Counted from the stretch's first letter, positions 42,547 through 51,900 are shown. The stretch: 59,060 bases of DNA from Rhodothermales bacterium (GCA_047611125.1 JBLFXH010000002.1:1-59060); one strand, 5' to 3'. Notes: generated from the sequence alone by a model not told the origin. A program made the numbers and translations.

Positions 42547-44262
42547 TCAGCGTCTGAATTCCCGGACAAGAGCGTCGATTGAGGCATCGCTCAAGGAGCC
42601 ATCGGAGCTTCCAGGTTGGGCATCGCTTTTCCCGCCTCCCCCGGCCTTTGGTGGCGCCGCTTGGCCCGCCCGCTGCTCCGGGGCTGCTGGCTGAGCCGGC
42701 GGGGCCGCCCGCTGCGCCGAGGAGCTACCCCGCCGGCTCGCTGACGGAGCGCCAGTAGCCGGATTCCCCGCTCGCGCTCGCAATCGGTCTTCGATCTCCG
42801 ATATCCATGATGTCCGGGAGTCCTTGCCTCCCGCGGGTGCGCTCTTCTTCGGCCGATGAGCCATGTTGCTTCCTGATTTTTGGGGAGCCTGCGCCTGGGT
42901 GGACCGGGCGCGGCTGGTCACGGGGCTGGTTTCAAATGCCACCCGCTTGATGTTCAGCAGGTGTAGCGGCGAGATGTTGTCGCTGGTAATTGAGCCGCCG
43001 ACGGTGCCAGGCCCCAGAGTCATGGCGGGAAAGAGCCTCGTGGTAAGGCCGACAGAGCCCAGCGCCGAGACAGAGTTCACCACGATGCGCATCGCAGGTT
43101 TTTGGATGGCGAAGGCCTCAATAATGCGCTCGTTGGTGGCGTGAATGGCGAGCGTGTGCCCCATGCCGCCGTACATCAGTACTTCCATGCACCGATCACA
43201 GCCAGCTTCCCATCCATCAACGGTATACAGCGTCAGAATAGGAGAGAGCGTCTCTCGGGACAGCGGGTCGGCAGATCCTACGACCGTTGATTCAGCAACC
43301 AGGGCGCGCGTCCCCCTCGGGACACGGAATCCACTCATTTCCGCGATGGCTTCGGGAGACTTGCCGACCTGCTCAATATTCAGGGACCCGTTCACAACGA
43401 CGGCCGCCTCAAGCAGGGGCCGTTCCTTGGCCGTTACCAGATGAGCTCCTGCGGCTCGCAGCCCCTCCAGTAGCGCTTTCTTGACGGGCAGGTCGCAGAC
43501 AATGCTTCGCTCCGTGGAGCAAAGCGTGCCCCAGTCAAAACTGGCGCCATAGACAAGGTCTTTCGCAGCCTTGGCTACGTCAGCGCTCCGGTCTACGTAG
43601 GCCGGCACGTTTCCCGACCCGACCCCGTAGGCCGGCTTTCCCTTGGAATAGGCCGCTTTTACCATGGCCGAACCTCCGGTTGCCAGAATCAGGTCAACCT
43701 CAGGGTCTTCCAGCAGCGCTTGCGTTCCGGCTAGGCTGACCTCAGTCATGCAGGCAAACAGGCCCTTTGGTGCGCCCGCCTTGTGGGCGGCTTGGGCTAC
43801 CACGTCCAACGCTGCTGCGGTGCAATTCTTGGCCCGCGGGTGCGGGCTCATCACAACAGCACATCTGGACTTTGCCGCAATGATGGCCTTATACATGGCC
43901 GTCGATGTGGGATTGGTCGAGGGGACCAAGGCCGCTACAACCCCCATCGGGCTGGCGACCTCCCAAATAGTATCGTTCTCCAGTTTCCGAATTACGCCGA
44001 CCGTGCGCATGCCCTCCATTCGCTCATGCAGGGTTTCTGTGGCGAAGAGATTCTTGGCCTTCTTGCTTTCCGGTCGCCCAAAGCCGGTTTCCTCGTGCGC
44101 CATCTTTCCTAACCGATCAGCCTGCGACGCGCCGGCCCGCACCATGGCCCCCACAATCCGATCGACCGCAACCTGGTCGAGCTTCTTTGCCTCGTGCGCG
44201 GCGGTGCGCGCAGCGCGCAGCAGTTGGCGGGCTTCCTGTATAGAGCGAAGATCTGAATCCAT
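42547..44262 (-). CDS. Aldehyde dehydrogenase family protein (acylating, EutE/PduP-like) with a 127-aa low-complexity C-terminal extension
   Basis: The ATG at 44262 (MDSDLRSIQEARQLL...) begins an ALDH core of about 444 aa, with a candidate catalytic-Cys region WGTLCSTERS. A P/A/G/S/R-rich tail follows, ending ...SLSDASIDALVREFRR. Confidence 0.75.
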   Translation of the reverse strand: MDSDLRSIQEARQLLRAARTAAHEAKKLDQVAVDRIVGAMVRAGASQADRLGKMAHEETGFGRPESKKAKNLFATETLHERMEGMRTVGVIRKLENDTIWEVASPMGVVAALVPSTNPTSTAMYKAIIAAKSRCAVVMSPHPRAKNCTAAALDVVAQAAHKAGAPKGLFACMTEVSLAGTQALLEDPEVDLILATGGSAMVKAAYSKGKPAYGVGSGNVPAYVDRSADVAKAAKDLVYGASFDWGTLCSTERSIVCDLPVKKALLEGLRAAGAHLVTAKERPLLEAAVVVNGSLNIEQVGKSPEAIAEMSGFRVPRGTRALVAESTVVGSADPLSRETLSPILTLYTVDGWEAGCDRCMEVLMYGGMGHTLAIHATNERIIEAFAIQKPAMRIVVNSVSALGSVGLTTRLFPAMTLGPGTVGGSITSDNISPLHLLNIKRVAFETSPVTSRARSTQAQAPQKSGSNMAHRPKKSAPAGGKDSRTSWISEIEDRLRARAGNPATGAPSASRRGSSSAQRAAPPAQPAAPEQRAGQAAPPKAGGGGKSDAQPGSSDGSLSDASIDALVREFRR

Positions 44263-44374
44263 GTCCGAAATATGATGGGAGGATCGGGACCAATCAAGGG
44301 GCAATCACACAAGCCCGAATCATCCGACTAACACAAATCGGACACAATTACCCGTACTCCCTTCTTGCCGGGAC

Positions 44375-45064
44375 ATGCTTCCAACTGACTCCCGTGCGAG
44401 ACCGATGTACACCCACCAAGCCCTCCAACCCATGCGACTTGCAGATCGCGGTATTGACGAATATACCCTGGCGGCCTATTTGGCCGGCAGATTGTCATCC
44501 GCCAGGCGAAACGAGATAGCGGAATTCCTACGTTCAAACGAGGATGCCCGGGACCTACTCTACGCCGCCAACCAACTGATGGAATCGGAAGGCGACCGGC
44601 GCGACTCTTCGAGGCCACTTCTTTCGTCGGTGACAATCCCACCCCGACGCAAGCCGGTGCTAACAGCAAGCCGGCGACTCGGCGTCCTCCTGTGGACGTC
44701 TATTGTCCTGGTTTGCCTGACCGCGTTCACGACCACGGTTGTTGTGGCGTTCAGATCTGGCGTTGATCGCGGACTGGCAGAAGTAGCGGCCGGGTCTGTG
44801 GACCCATCTCGGATGATTGCGTTGCAGGGGCCGTTTGTGGCGCTGAACTGGACGAGCATCAAGGATGCGGCGCGATACCAGATCGTGGTTTGGGATGACG
44901 AAACGGCCGGCGTGGTGGGTCAGGTCAACTCTGACGTGCCCACGCTGGACTTTGAGGGCATCGCCGGATTTATGAGTGACGATGCTGTGCGCCGGGTCTG
45001 GATAGATGCCTTCGACGCCGAAGGACGACTGCTGGAGCGCTCGCGCTCGCTGCTGCTTCAATAA
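44375..45064 (+). CDS. Single-pass membrane protein, anti-sigma-factor-like N-terminus plus periplasmic beta-rich domain
   Basis: IDEYTLAAYLAGRLSSARRNEIAEFLRSNEDARDLL resembles anti-sigma N-domains but lacks the Cys/His ligands. There is a TM helix LGVLLWTSIVLVCLTAFTTTVVVAF and a C-terminal ARYQIVVWD FN3/Ig-like pattern. The start is uncertain (ATG at 44375, 44405 or 44432). Confidence 0.4.
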   Translation: MLPTDSRARPMYTHQALQPMRLADRGIDEYTLAAYLAGRLSSARRNEIAEFLRSNEDARDLLYAANQLMESEGDRRDSSRPLLSSVTIPPRRKPVLTASRRLGVLLWTSIVLVCLTAFTTTVVVAFRSGVDRGLAEVAAGSVDPSRMIALQGPFVALNWTSIKDAARYQIVVWDDETAGVVGQVNSDVPTLDFEGIAGFMSDDAVRRVWIDAFDAEGRLLERSRSLLLQ

Positions 45065-45093
45065 GGCCCCGTCAGCTGGGCTAGGGCTAAAAC

Positions 45094-45128
45094 AAAAAGC
45101 GCCGCTCCTGAGGGAGGAGCGACGCTTT
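45094..45128. terminator. Bidirectional rho-independent terminator between convergent genes
   Basis: AAAAA, an 11-bp stem gcgccgctcct / aggagcgacgc with one mismatch, a 5-nt loop, then TTT. The U-tract is better for the minus-strand transcript. Confidence 0.6.
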
Positions 45129-45161
45129 GAGAGTAACGAGCCGAGAGAAGGAGCCGGAGGC

Positions 45162-47045
45162 CTAGCCATCGCTGGAGTCAATTCCGATCCTGCCGGTGTG
45201 GCGCGCGTTTCGCCCATACATGGGCCACTTGCCACCCGCGAGTCCCGCAGAGCCGGTCTTGAGACCGAAGAGGTGCCCGTTTCGTCCGGCGACGAGTAGC
45301 GTGCCCTCTCGGTTGATGGTCACAGGGCCATCAGCCTCTGTGTTCAGCTGGTACTCCCAGTTTGGGGTACCGTTGGTGTTGATGCCCATCACCTTACGTC
45401 CAGACACAAAGTGAATGACCCCGTTGGTGTCGATGGCGGGCATTCCCACATCGTCGGTCACAAACTTGTAGCGGAGGCGAGGCGTCAGCGCATCGGCCGT
45501 CTCGTTGAGGGCGAAGAGGCCGGTCTCTGTCCCGGCATAGATGGTTCCACTCCCATCAATGATGGGTCCGGAGACCTTCGTGCCGCCCAGTGCATAGTGC
45601 CAGAGGCGCGATCCGTCGAAGCCGCTGTAGGCGTACAGGCAGCCGTCATCGGCCATCACGTAGACCAGCGCCTCGGTGGAGCTCCGAATCTCGCCGGTGG
45701 GCAGTTCTACGGTGAGCTGGATCTCGGCGAGTGCCATCGGAGCGCGGGCCGCCCCGCCACCACAGGTACCGGATCCGCGGATGATTGACTGCCAGAGCAG
45801 CGTTCCCATCCGATCATATCCCGACAAGCGGCCCTGCGAGTCAGCAACAATCACGGTGTGGTCGCGGGTAATCACCGGAGCTTCTACGATCGAGCCGTCC
45901 GCGACCTTGACCGGGCTAGACCAGGCTGATAGGCCGTTAAAGGAGTTGACGGCGTGGAGATTGCCGAACGTGTCACCGAAGTACAACACGCCGTCTACGC
46001 CCATGGCCGGAGAGGATCGCAGCGGCGCTGAGCTGTTGTAGGGTACAGCCCACAGGTCGTTGCCCTCTGAGGTGAAGCCCCAGAGGCGCCCATCCTCACT
46101 GGTGACGAAGACGTCCTCGTTATTGCCGACCACCGGGGTCGAGCGAATCGGACCCTTCGTCTCACGCTGCCAGCGCAATTCGCCGTTGTTATTGAAGGCG
46201 TAGAGGGTGTTGTTCGACGAGCCCACGTAGATGTCGTCATTGAAACCGACAGCTACCGAACCCCTGACATCGCCAGAGAGCCCGGTGCCTCGGAATGCCA
46301 GCGTGCCAGGGCCGTCCTGGCCAGTGGGGTCGTCGCCATTGACGATTACTGAAATGGGACCGTTGAGGAGGAATACGCCTGCGCCACTGTACGCTTTGAT
46401 CTCAATCACGTGCGGTCCGCTCGTGAACTGCGATGTGTCCCAGTCAAAGGCGTAGGCGTTGCCGGCCACCGGAGTCGTGGTCGTGTAGAAGGCGATACCG
46501 TCGATCACCAGATCAACGCGAGTAACCGGAGGCTGGCCAGATCCTGCTTCCGCCAGAACGCGAACCGTACCAGAAACCACCTGCCCATCCTCGGGCTCAA
46601 GTATGTGGAGGAACGGCCCATCTCCTGCGCTGACGTTCTCAACGTCCACAAAGATGGGTGCCGAGATGCCGCGCGCCTCAAAGCGATCAAAGGCCACCGC
46701 TTCCATGCGGTGCGGACCGTCGGCCAGTTCGAAGGTGTTCAAGCGCAGGGCGTAGCGTGACCCGTCCCACTCTGCCTCACCAATGCGCGCGCCGTCCATC
46801 TGGACGTTGACGAAAGAGATGAAGTTCTCATCCCCAAGGGCAGTAGCATTGACAGCGATGACGGTGTTGGCACCCGTGAGAGTGGAGCCGTCAAAGGGAC
46901 GGTCCATCTGCACGCTTGGCGCGCGCTCATCGAAGGCCTCTCCAAAGATGTCGCATCCCGACACGAGAAGAGAAAGAAGGAGAATGCACATCAGCCCGCC
47001 ATTGCGGGTTGCGGTATTCATCATGGTAAGTGTGCTGCGCTTCAT
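45162..47045 (-). CDS. Lipoprotein with two Ig-like domains and a PQQ-like/BamB-like beta-propeller
   Basis: Lipobox LLVSGC, two Ig-like modules of about 100 aa (...GPHRMEAVAFD..., ...GPHVIEIKAY...) and repeated propeller blades (LYAFNNNGELRW, LWGFTSEGNDLW, CLYAYSGFDGSRLW). The C-terminal GKWPMYGRNARHTG is typical of this family. Confidence 0.7.
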   Translation of the reverse strand: MKRSTLTMMNTATRNGGLMCILLLSLLVSGCDIFGEAFDERAPSVQMDRPFDGSTLTGANTVIAVNATALGDENFISFVNVQMDGARIGEAEWDGSRYALRLNTFELADGPHRMEAVAFDRFEARGISAPIFVDVENVSAGDGPFLHILEPEDGQVVSGTVRVLAEAGSGQPPVTRVDLVIDGIAFYTTTTPVAGNAYAFDWDTSQFTSGPHVIEIKAYSGAGVFLLNGPISVIVNGDDPTGQDGPGTLAFRGTGLSGDVRGSVAVGFNDDIYVGSSNNTLYAFNNNGELRWQRETKGPIRSTPVVGNNEDVFVTSEDGRLWGFTSEGNDLWAVPYNSSAPLRSSPAMGVDGVLYFGDTFGNLHAVNSFNGLSAWSSPVKVADGSIVEAPVITRDHTVIVADSQGRLSGYDRMGTLLWQSIIRGSGTCGGGAARAPMALAEIQLTVELPTGEIRSSTEALVYVMADDGCLYAYSGFDGSRLWHYALGGTKVSGPIIDGSGTIYAGTETGLFALNETADALTPRLRYKFVTDDVGMPAIDTNGVIHFVSGRKVMGINTNGTPNWEYQLNTEADGPVTINREGTLLVAGRNGHLFGLKTGSAGLAGGKWPMYGRNARHTGRIGIDSSDG

Positions 47046-47566
47046 GGCAAGAGTTGGATTGTCTCCGGGTGGAATCGGACGTCACTGTGATCCGGTGAGG
47101 CCGCGGTGCGGTCGGGAATCATGTCATCAAGGTTCGGGCCAATCTCGTTTCGATTATGGCTAATCGTCCAAATCAGATCAAAAACGATGATGTCTGTCAA
47201 GAGATCGAGGTGCTGAAGGCCGGTACGCAATCATTGTGAGACCGAGAGTGAGCAGGCCAGGGCGGCCGTCTGCAAGAGTCTCTGCAAGCACCCTGCCGTT
47301 CTCTCTTTGATAGTGTGTCCCCTATAGGTAAGGAGTCGAACGTCCCACCCGGAATGACCGCCTTCTACAAGGTTGTCGGGCATCAGGACTTCAGAATTCC
47401 CAGCATCCGCCGATCCAATCCATTGCATGCGGCCTCCAATCTGGGGACCGTAGTGTCGATACCGATCTCAAACAGGGATTGGGCTAACCGATATCAAGGC
47501 AATGAATAGAGCCAAATCACACGAAATGACCTGTTTTCGCCGATCCGAAAGGACTCCGCGAATCTC

Positions 47567-47582
47567 GGCATACCGTTTGATG
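47567..47582 (+). promoter_or_regulatory. Candidate -24/-12-like element GGCAT-N5-TTGATG, 47 nt upstream of the first EPS-locus ATG
   Basis: Direct reading. It shares its pattern and exact distance to the ATG with the element at 54388-54403. The -12 reads TTGA rather than the consensus TTGC. Confidence 0.25.
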
Positions 47583-47629
47583 AAGGAGATTCCGGCTCCA
47601 AGCTCCATCGAATTCTCTGCCTGCTCATT

Positions 47630-48886
47630 ATGAAAGACACGCCTGCAAGCATGTCCGCATTCGCCGCAATGCTCTCTTCCGGTATCGATCCAATCGATGA
47701 GGAATGGGGCGGACTCTACCGCGGAGGTGCATACCTCGCCTTCGGACGCGCCGCTACCGGCCGCGGCCTCCTAACACTGCGCTATGCGCACACTGGTGTT
47801 CAGGGTGGCGAGCGCTGCCTGTTTATCGCATCGGATCGTCCCAAGGACCTGGTTATCCAGGCCGCCTCAATCGGGTTCGACCTGAAGCAGGCGCAACAGG
47901 ATAGCCTGATCCGCCTGATGCGGATTCCGCCGATGATGAATCCCCAGGCAATGGGCGATGACTCGGTGGCTAAGGCCCTCTGGGATCTCGTGACCATTAT
48001 CCGGAAGCAGCGTCCAGACCGCCTGGTCATCAACGACTTCATGCCGTTCGTGATGTTCAGGTCTTTCGACCGCTTCCGCATGGAGTTCATCCGGATGCTG
48101 GAGCAGATTGACTCCCTTGACACCACTGTGGTTGTTGCGCTGCCGGAGCCGGCCAACCCCCAGTCCCGGCGCGTGATTGACTTCATGGCAGGCCAAATGA
48201 CTGGCGCCGTGCATATCGAGTCGGCCGACGAGGAACTGTCGAGCACAGAGCGTCGCCTCACGCTCATCCCACACATTGGCCAGATCAAGCGGCAGGTTGT
48301 CCGCCATTGGGATCTCGCCGAGATTGTTATGACGCCGGGACAGGCGCCCCCGATTACCGAGGTTGTTCGCGAGAGCCCGCCGGTTGTCCCAGCTGCCCGC
48401 AAGTTTCCGCACGTTGCCCCTGATATGACGGCACCGGCACCGGCACCGGCAGCGCCGGCGCCCGAGAAGGAAGACGCACTCGAGCGCTATTCAGACCGCG
48501 GTCCCTTCCGCGATCGCCTCCAGAACTTCTTCGTCAACCGGGAGGACGAGAACAGTCCCTTCCTCCTGTTGGCCATGCGCATGGACCAGACCTCTGAGTC
48601 CGGTCCGGTAGACTTCGAATTCATTATCGACCTGGTGGCAGACAGCCTTCGCCCTCAGGACGACATGCTCATCAGCGCGATCAACGAACGCCTCGTTGTG
48701 CTGCTTGCTGAGAGCAAGCCTGAGGAAGCCCAGGGCTTCTTCGCTAGGCTGAAAAACCGACTGCGCGCAGACGCACCCAAGCAGGCAGATTATCTACTGC
48801 ATGCCGTGTCTGCGATCGTGGTGCCCGACGGCCGTCCATTTCAAAGTGCAGATGAGTTTCTCACTTATGCGATGGATGAGGCCTAA
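47630..48886 (+). CDS. KaiC/RecA-like domain (degenerate Walker A) fused to a degenerate GGDEF domain retaining an RxxD I-site; predicted c-di-GMP receptor/regulator
   Basis: The N-domain SGIDPIDEEWGGLYRGGAYLAFGRAATGRGLLTL...CLFIASD...RLVINDF follows the COG0467 KaiC/RadA pattern, but GxxGxGKT is replaced by GRAATGRG. A Pro/Ala linker (APAPAPAAPAP) follows. In the C-domain ...FLLLAMRMD...SLRPQDDMLISAINERLVVLLAES...AVSAIVV... aligns to GGDEF domains, with RPQD five residues before AINER in the GG(D/E)EF position. Confidence 0.7.
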   Translation: MKDTPASMSAFAAMLSSGIDPIDEEWGGLYRGGAYLAFGRAATGRGLLTLRYAHTGVQGGERCLFIASDRPKDLVIQAASIGFDLKQAQQDSLIRLMRIPPMMNPQAMGDDSVAKALWDLVTIIRKQRPDRLVINDFMPFVMFRSFDRFRMEFIRMLEQIDSLDTTVVVALPEPANPQSRRVIDFMAGQMTGAVHIESADEELSSTERRLTLIPHIGQIKRQVVRHWDLAEIVMTPGQAPPITEVVRESPPVVPAARKFPHVAPDMTAPAPAPAAPAPEKEDALERYSDRGPFRDRLQNFFVNREDENSPFLLLAMRMDQTSESGPVDFEFIIDLVADSLRPQDDMLISAINERLVVLLAESKPEEAQGFFARLKNRLRADAPKQADYLLHAVSAIVVPDGRPFQSADEFLTYAMDEA

Positions 48887-48901
48887 TCCCGACCCAACGC
48901 C

Positions 48902-51900
48902 ATGACCTCATACAGGTACCTATTTGCCAGTCTGGTCGCCGCGATTATCGTGGCGACCATGCCTGTTTCTCTATACGCCCAGGATGTTGCGGCCCAGGCG
49001 AGAGCGGAAGCTGCCATTGAGCAGGGGCGCTATGATGAGGCCGTCACCATTCTCGATACGGTCATCCAACCCGGGAGCATCGATACCCGAGCCTTGCTCC
49101 TGAGGGCGAAGGCTCATCGTTTGATGGGGGACGAGCCATCAGCTGAAACCGACTTCCGTGCGGTTCTCGAGGTCGACCCCGCCAACCGGGAGGCGCTGGA
49201 CGGACTGCAAGAAATTCGTGGCCAGCGGTCACCCAATACGGGCAACGTGAATAGTCTCCGGCGACTGGTAGAGGCGAACCCAGACAATCTCTCCTTCCAG
49301 ATTCGCTACGCCGACGCCCTCTTCGATGGGCAGTACTACCGGGAGGCAGCCGATCAGTACAACATCTATCTGGATCAGACCCAGGGCACGCCCGATATCG
49401 TCCAGCGCTATCTGATCGCCATCGCCAACTATCAGGGTGACAACTCTTTGGGCGAGTCCGTGGCGACCGAGTACGTGGAGATCTATACCACGGACGACGA
49501 CCTCTGGATGCGTCTGGGCTTCTTTCGCCTCTGGCAGGGCAACTACGCCGGGGCACTCGAGGCTTGCGAACAGTCTCTGCTCTTGAATCCTTCCAATAGG
49601 GAGACACAGGATTGTACGCTTCAGGCCCGCAATCCAGACGTGATTGCACGCTCATCCACGTTCCCAATCGACGTGGCTTTCCGGGAAGTCCGGGCGAACC
49701 CCGATGACGATGCCCGTCGCTACCAGTTGATAGACCTCCTGATAGAGGCCGAGCGCTATTTCGAGGCTCGTCAGCAGTTGGATGTGCTTGCCGATCGCCG
49801 CGGCGGCGAAGCGCAATGGAAGAGCCGTGACCAGGCCGTGACGCGAGGCCTTGCCGCCTCTCCGCAGCCATTGTCAACGTTCCCGATTGACGTCAAGACG
49901 CGGGAGTTGATGGCCAAGCCGAGCAAGGACGAAACACGCTTTGAGCTAGTTGATCTGCTTGTAACGGATGATCGCTACTTCGAGGCTCGTCAGAATCTGG
50001 AGTACCTGCGTTCCGACCACAGAAACACTGATCGCTGGAAGACGCGTTGGGCTACGGTCTCAACCGCTCTAGCAAGGTTGGATGACGGCGGCCGGTCCCG
50101 CTTGTCAACCGACACTATCGATGTGCTGACCCGCCAGCTAATGTCGAATCCAAGTCAGGACGACAAACGCTTTGAACTGGTCGGTCTCCTACTGGAGAAT
50201 CGCCGGTACAACGAGGGCGATCAGAATCTTGACTACCTGGCCCCGCGTCATCGCCGGACCAACCAGTGGCGCCGACTCAATCAGCGCGCCGAGGCAGGGT
50301 TGCGCTCATTGGAACGCCGAGGCCGAGCCCCTGCGGTCCAGGAGTTCATCGTGGATCGTCTGTATCGCGAGCTGAGGTCCACTCCGAACGATGACGAGAA
50401 GCGATTCCGTCTAGTTACCGAGCTGATCAAGTACAACCGATTCGCAGAGGGTTGGGACCAGCTGAGGACCCTCCAGGCCGCACATGGCGAGGGCCGGCGC
50501 TGGCTTTCCGCCTTTGTCTCGGTGGATGACGGACTGGTTCGCGCCGGTACGCCCATATTCGCGATTGACCGTCTAACCTATCGCCTGGCCTTCGACCCTT
50601 CAGACTCGAGCGTTCGGCTCCAACTGGTGGATGCCTTGGCCGAGACCGGCCGCGTCTCCGAGGCGCTCGACATCCTGACCGATGAGCGGTATGCCGACCC
50701 CGGCAATCCCGGATACCAGAATCGACTGCGGACCATCGCAGAGATGCGTCTGGCCATTGCCCAAGAGGGTGTCATGGAACTGGAGGATGTCCTCGTGGCA
50801 AATCCCAGTAACCGGGAAGCACTTAGGGAGATCGCCAATCACTATCTCGTGCTTGGCCGCGATGAGGAAGCCTTCGAGACCTACGCCGCACTGCTGAGTG
50901 TAGAGCCGGGCAATGATGCACTTCGCGCTGACTTTGCCGAGGCCCTGCAGTTTCGCGGCTACTACGACCAGGCGCTGCTCCAGGCGGACTACCTCCTGGA
51001 CCGCCAGCCCGATAACACGGCCTTCCAGCGGCTGTTCGTCCTGGCCTCCATCTCTCAGGGAGATCTGGACCAGTTGGGAGAGGCATACGCTGAGAATCTG
51101 ATGGGCACCACGGGTCAAACTGATCCCGAACTGCTTCTGGTGCTGGCCGAGTACAGACTGCTCCGCGGAGACGTGGAGATGGCCGACAACTATGTTCGCG
51201 CAGCCGATGCGCTGAACGACTCCCGATTTGCCACGCGCATCTCGACGGTCGCTCAGTTGGTGGCCCGCGAGCGCATCCGTTCCGCCGAGGCCGACAGGAT
51301 CGAGCTTCTTAACGCCGCTCGCAGGCTTGCGGCGTCACGCAACTTCAACCAGTCTATTGACGCTTACGAGGACTACTTCGAGGCACAGGGACGCCGCTCG
51401 CGTTCCGAGCTGAAGGAGTTGGCTCAGGTGCATTCGGCTGCCGCCGATTACGTTTCGGCCCTGTCCATTCTTAACGCTCTGCAGGAACTGGCGTGGGAAT
51501 ACGATGTGGCCAAAGAAATTGCCCGCAACCAGTACTACCGGGACGACTACTCCGGCGCTCTCCGGACGCTTGAGGATCTCGCAACCCGCAACCCGCGTGA
51601 CTACGAAGTTCGTTTCCTGCAGGCAGACGCCTACCGGGAATTGGGTCTATTTACGCAGGCCGAGGCGGTATATGCCGACGCCCAGCGTCTGGCCGAGGCC
51701 TCCGAAGCAGTTGGAGAGCGGTCCGCTGCCCTGGACCTCAGCATGCGCCAGAGCCTGGCGCAGAGTGGCGAATGGAAGGGTCTCGAGTTTGCGGGCGTCA
51801 TCGTTCCCGTGGCCGAGGCCGTGTTGGCCCGCGGCGGCGGCACGCGATATGATCGTTGGGCACAAGGCATGCAGACGCATTTGATCATCCCTTGGGGATA

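Noticed and set aside
47046-47629. c-di-GMP riboswitch (GEMM-I/II) or small ORFs in the 584-bp region ahead of the EPS operon
   Set aside because: No GGCAAACC...ACGCAAAGCC-type cores were seen on either strand. The listed ORFs (47042-47230, 47231-47428, 47315-47509), and a 35-codon uORF ending in an ATGA overlap with the 47630 start, have poor coding character. An Rfam covariance-model scan would be decisive.
49062-49877. 271-aa minus-strand ORF; likewise 53615-54367 and 55317-56213 (minus) inside the EPS locus
   Set aside because: All are antisense to plus-strand genes that carry recognisable signal peptides, TPR repeats or GT2 motifs. Their translations are Arg/Pro/Gly-rich low-information sequence.
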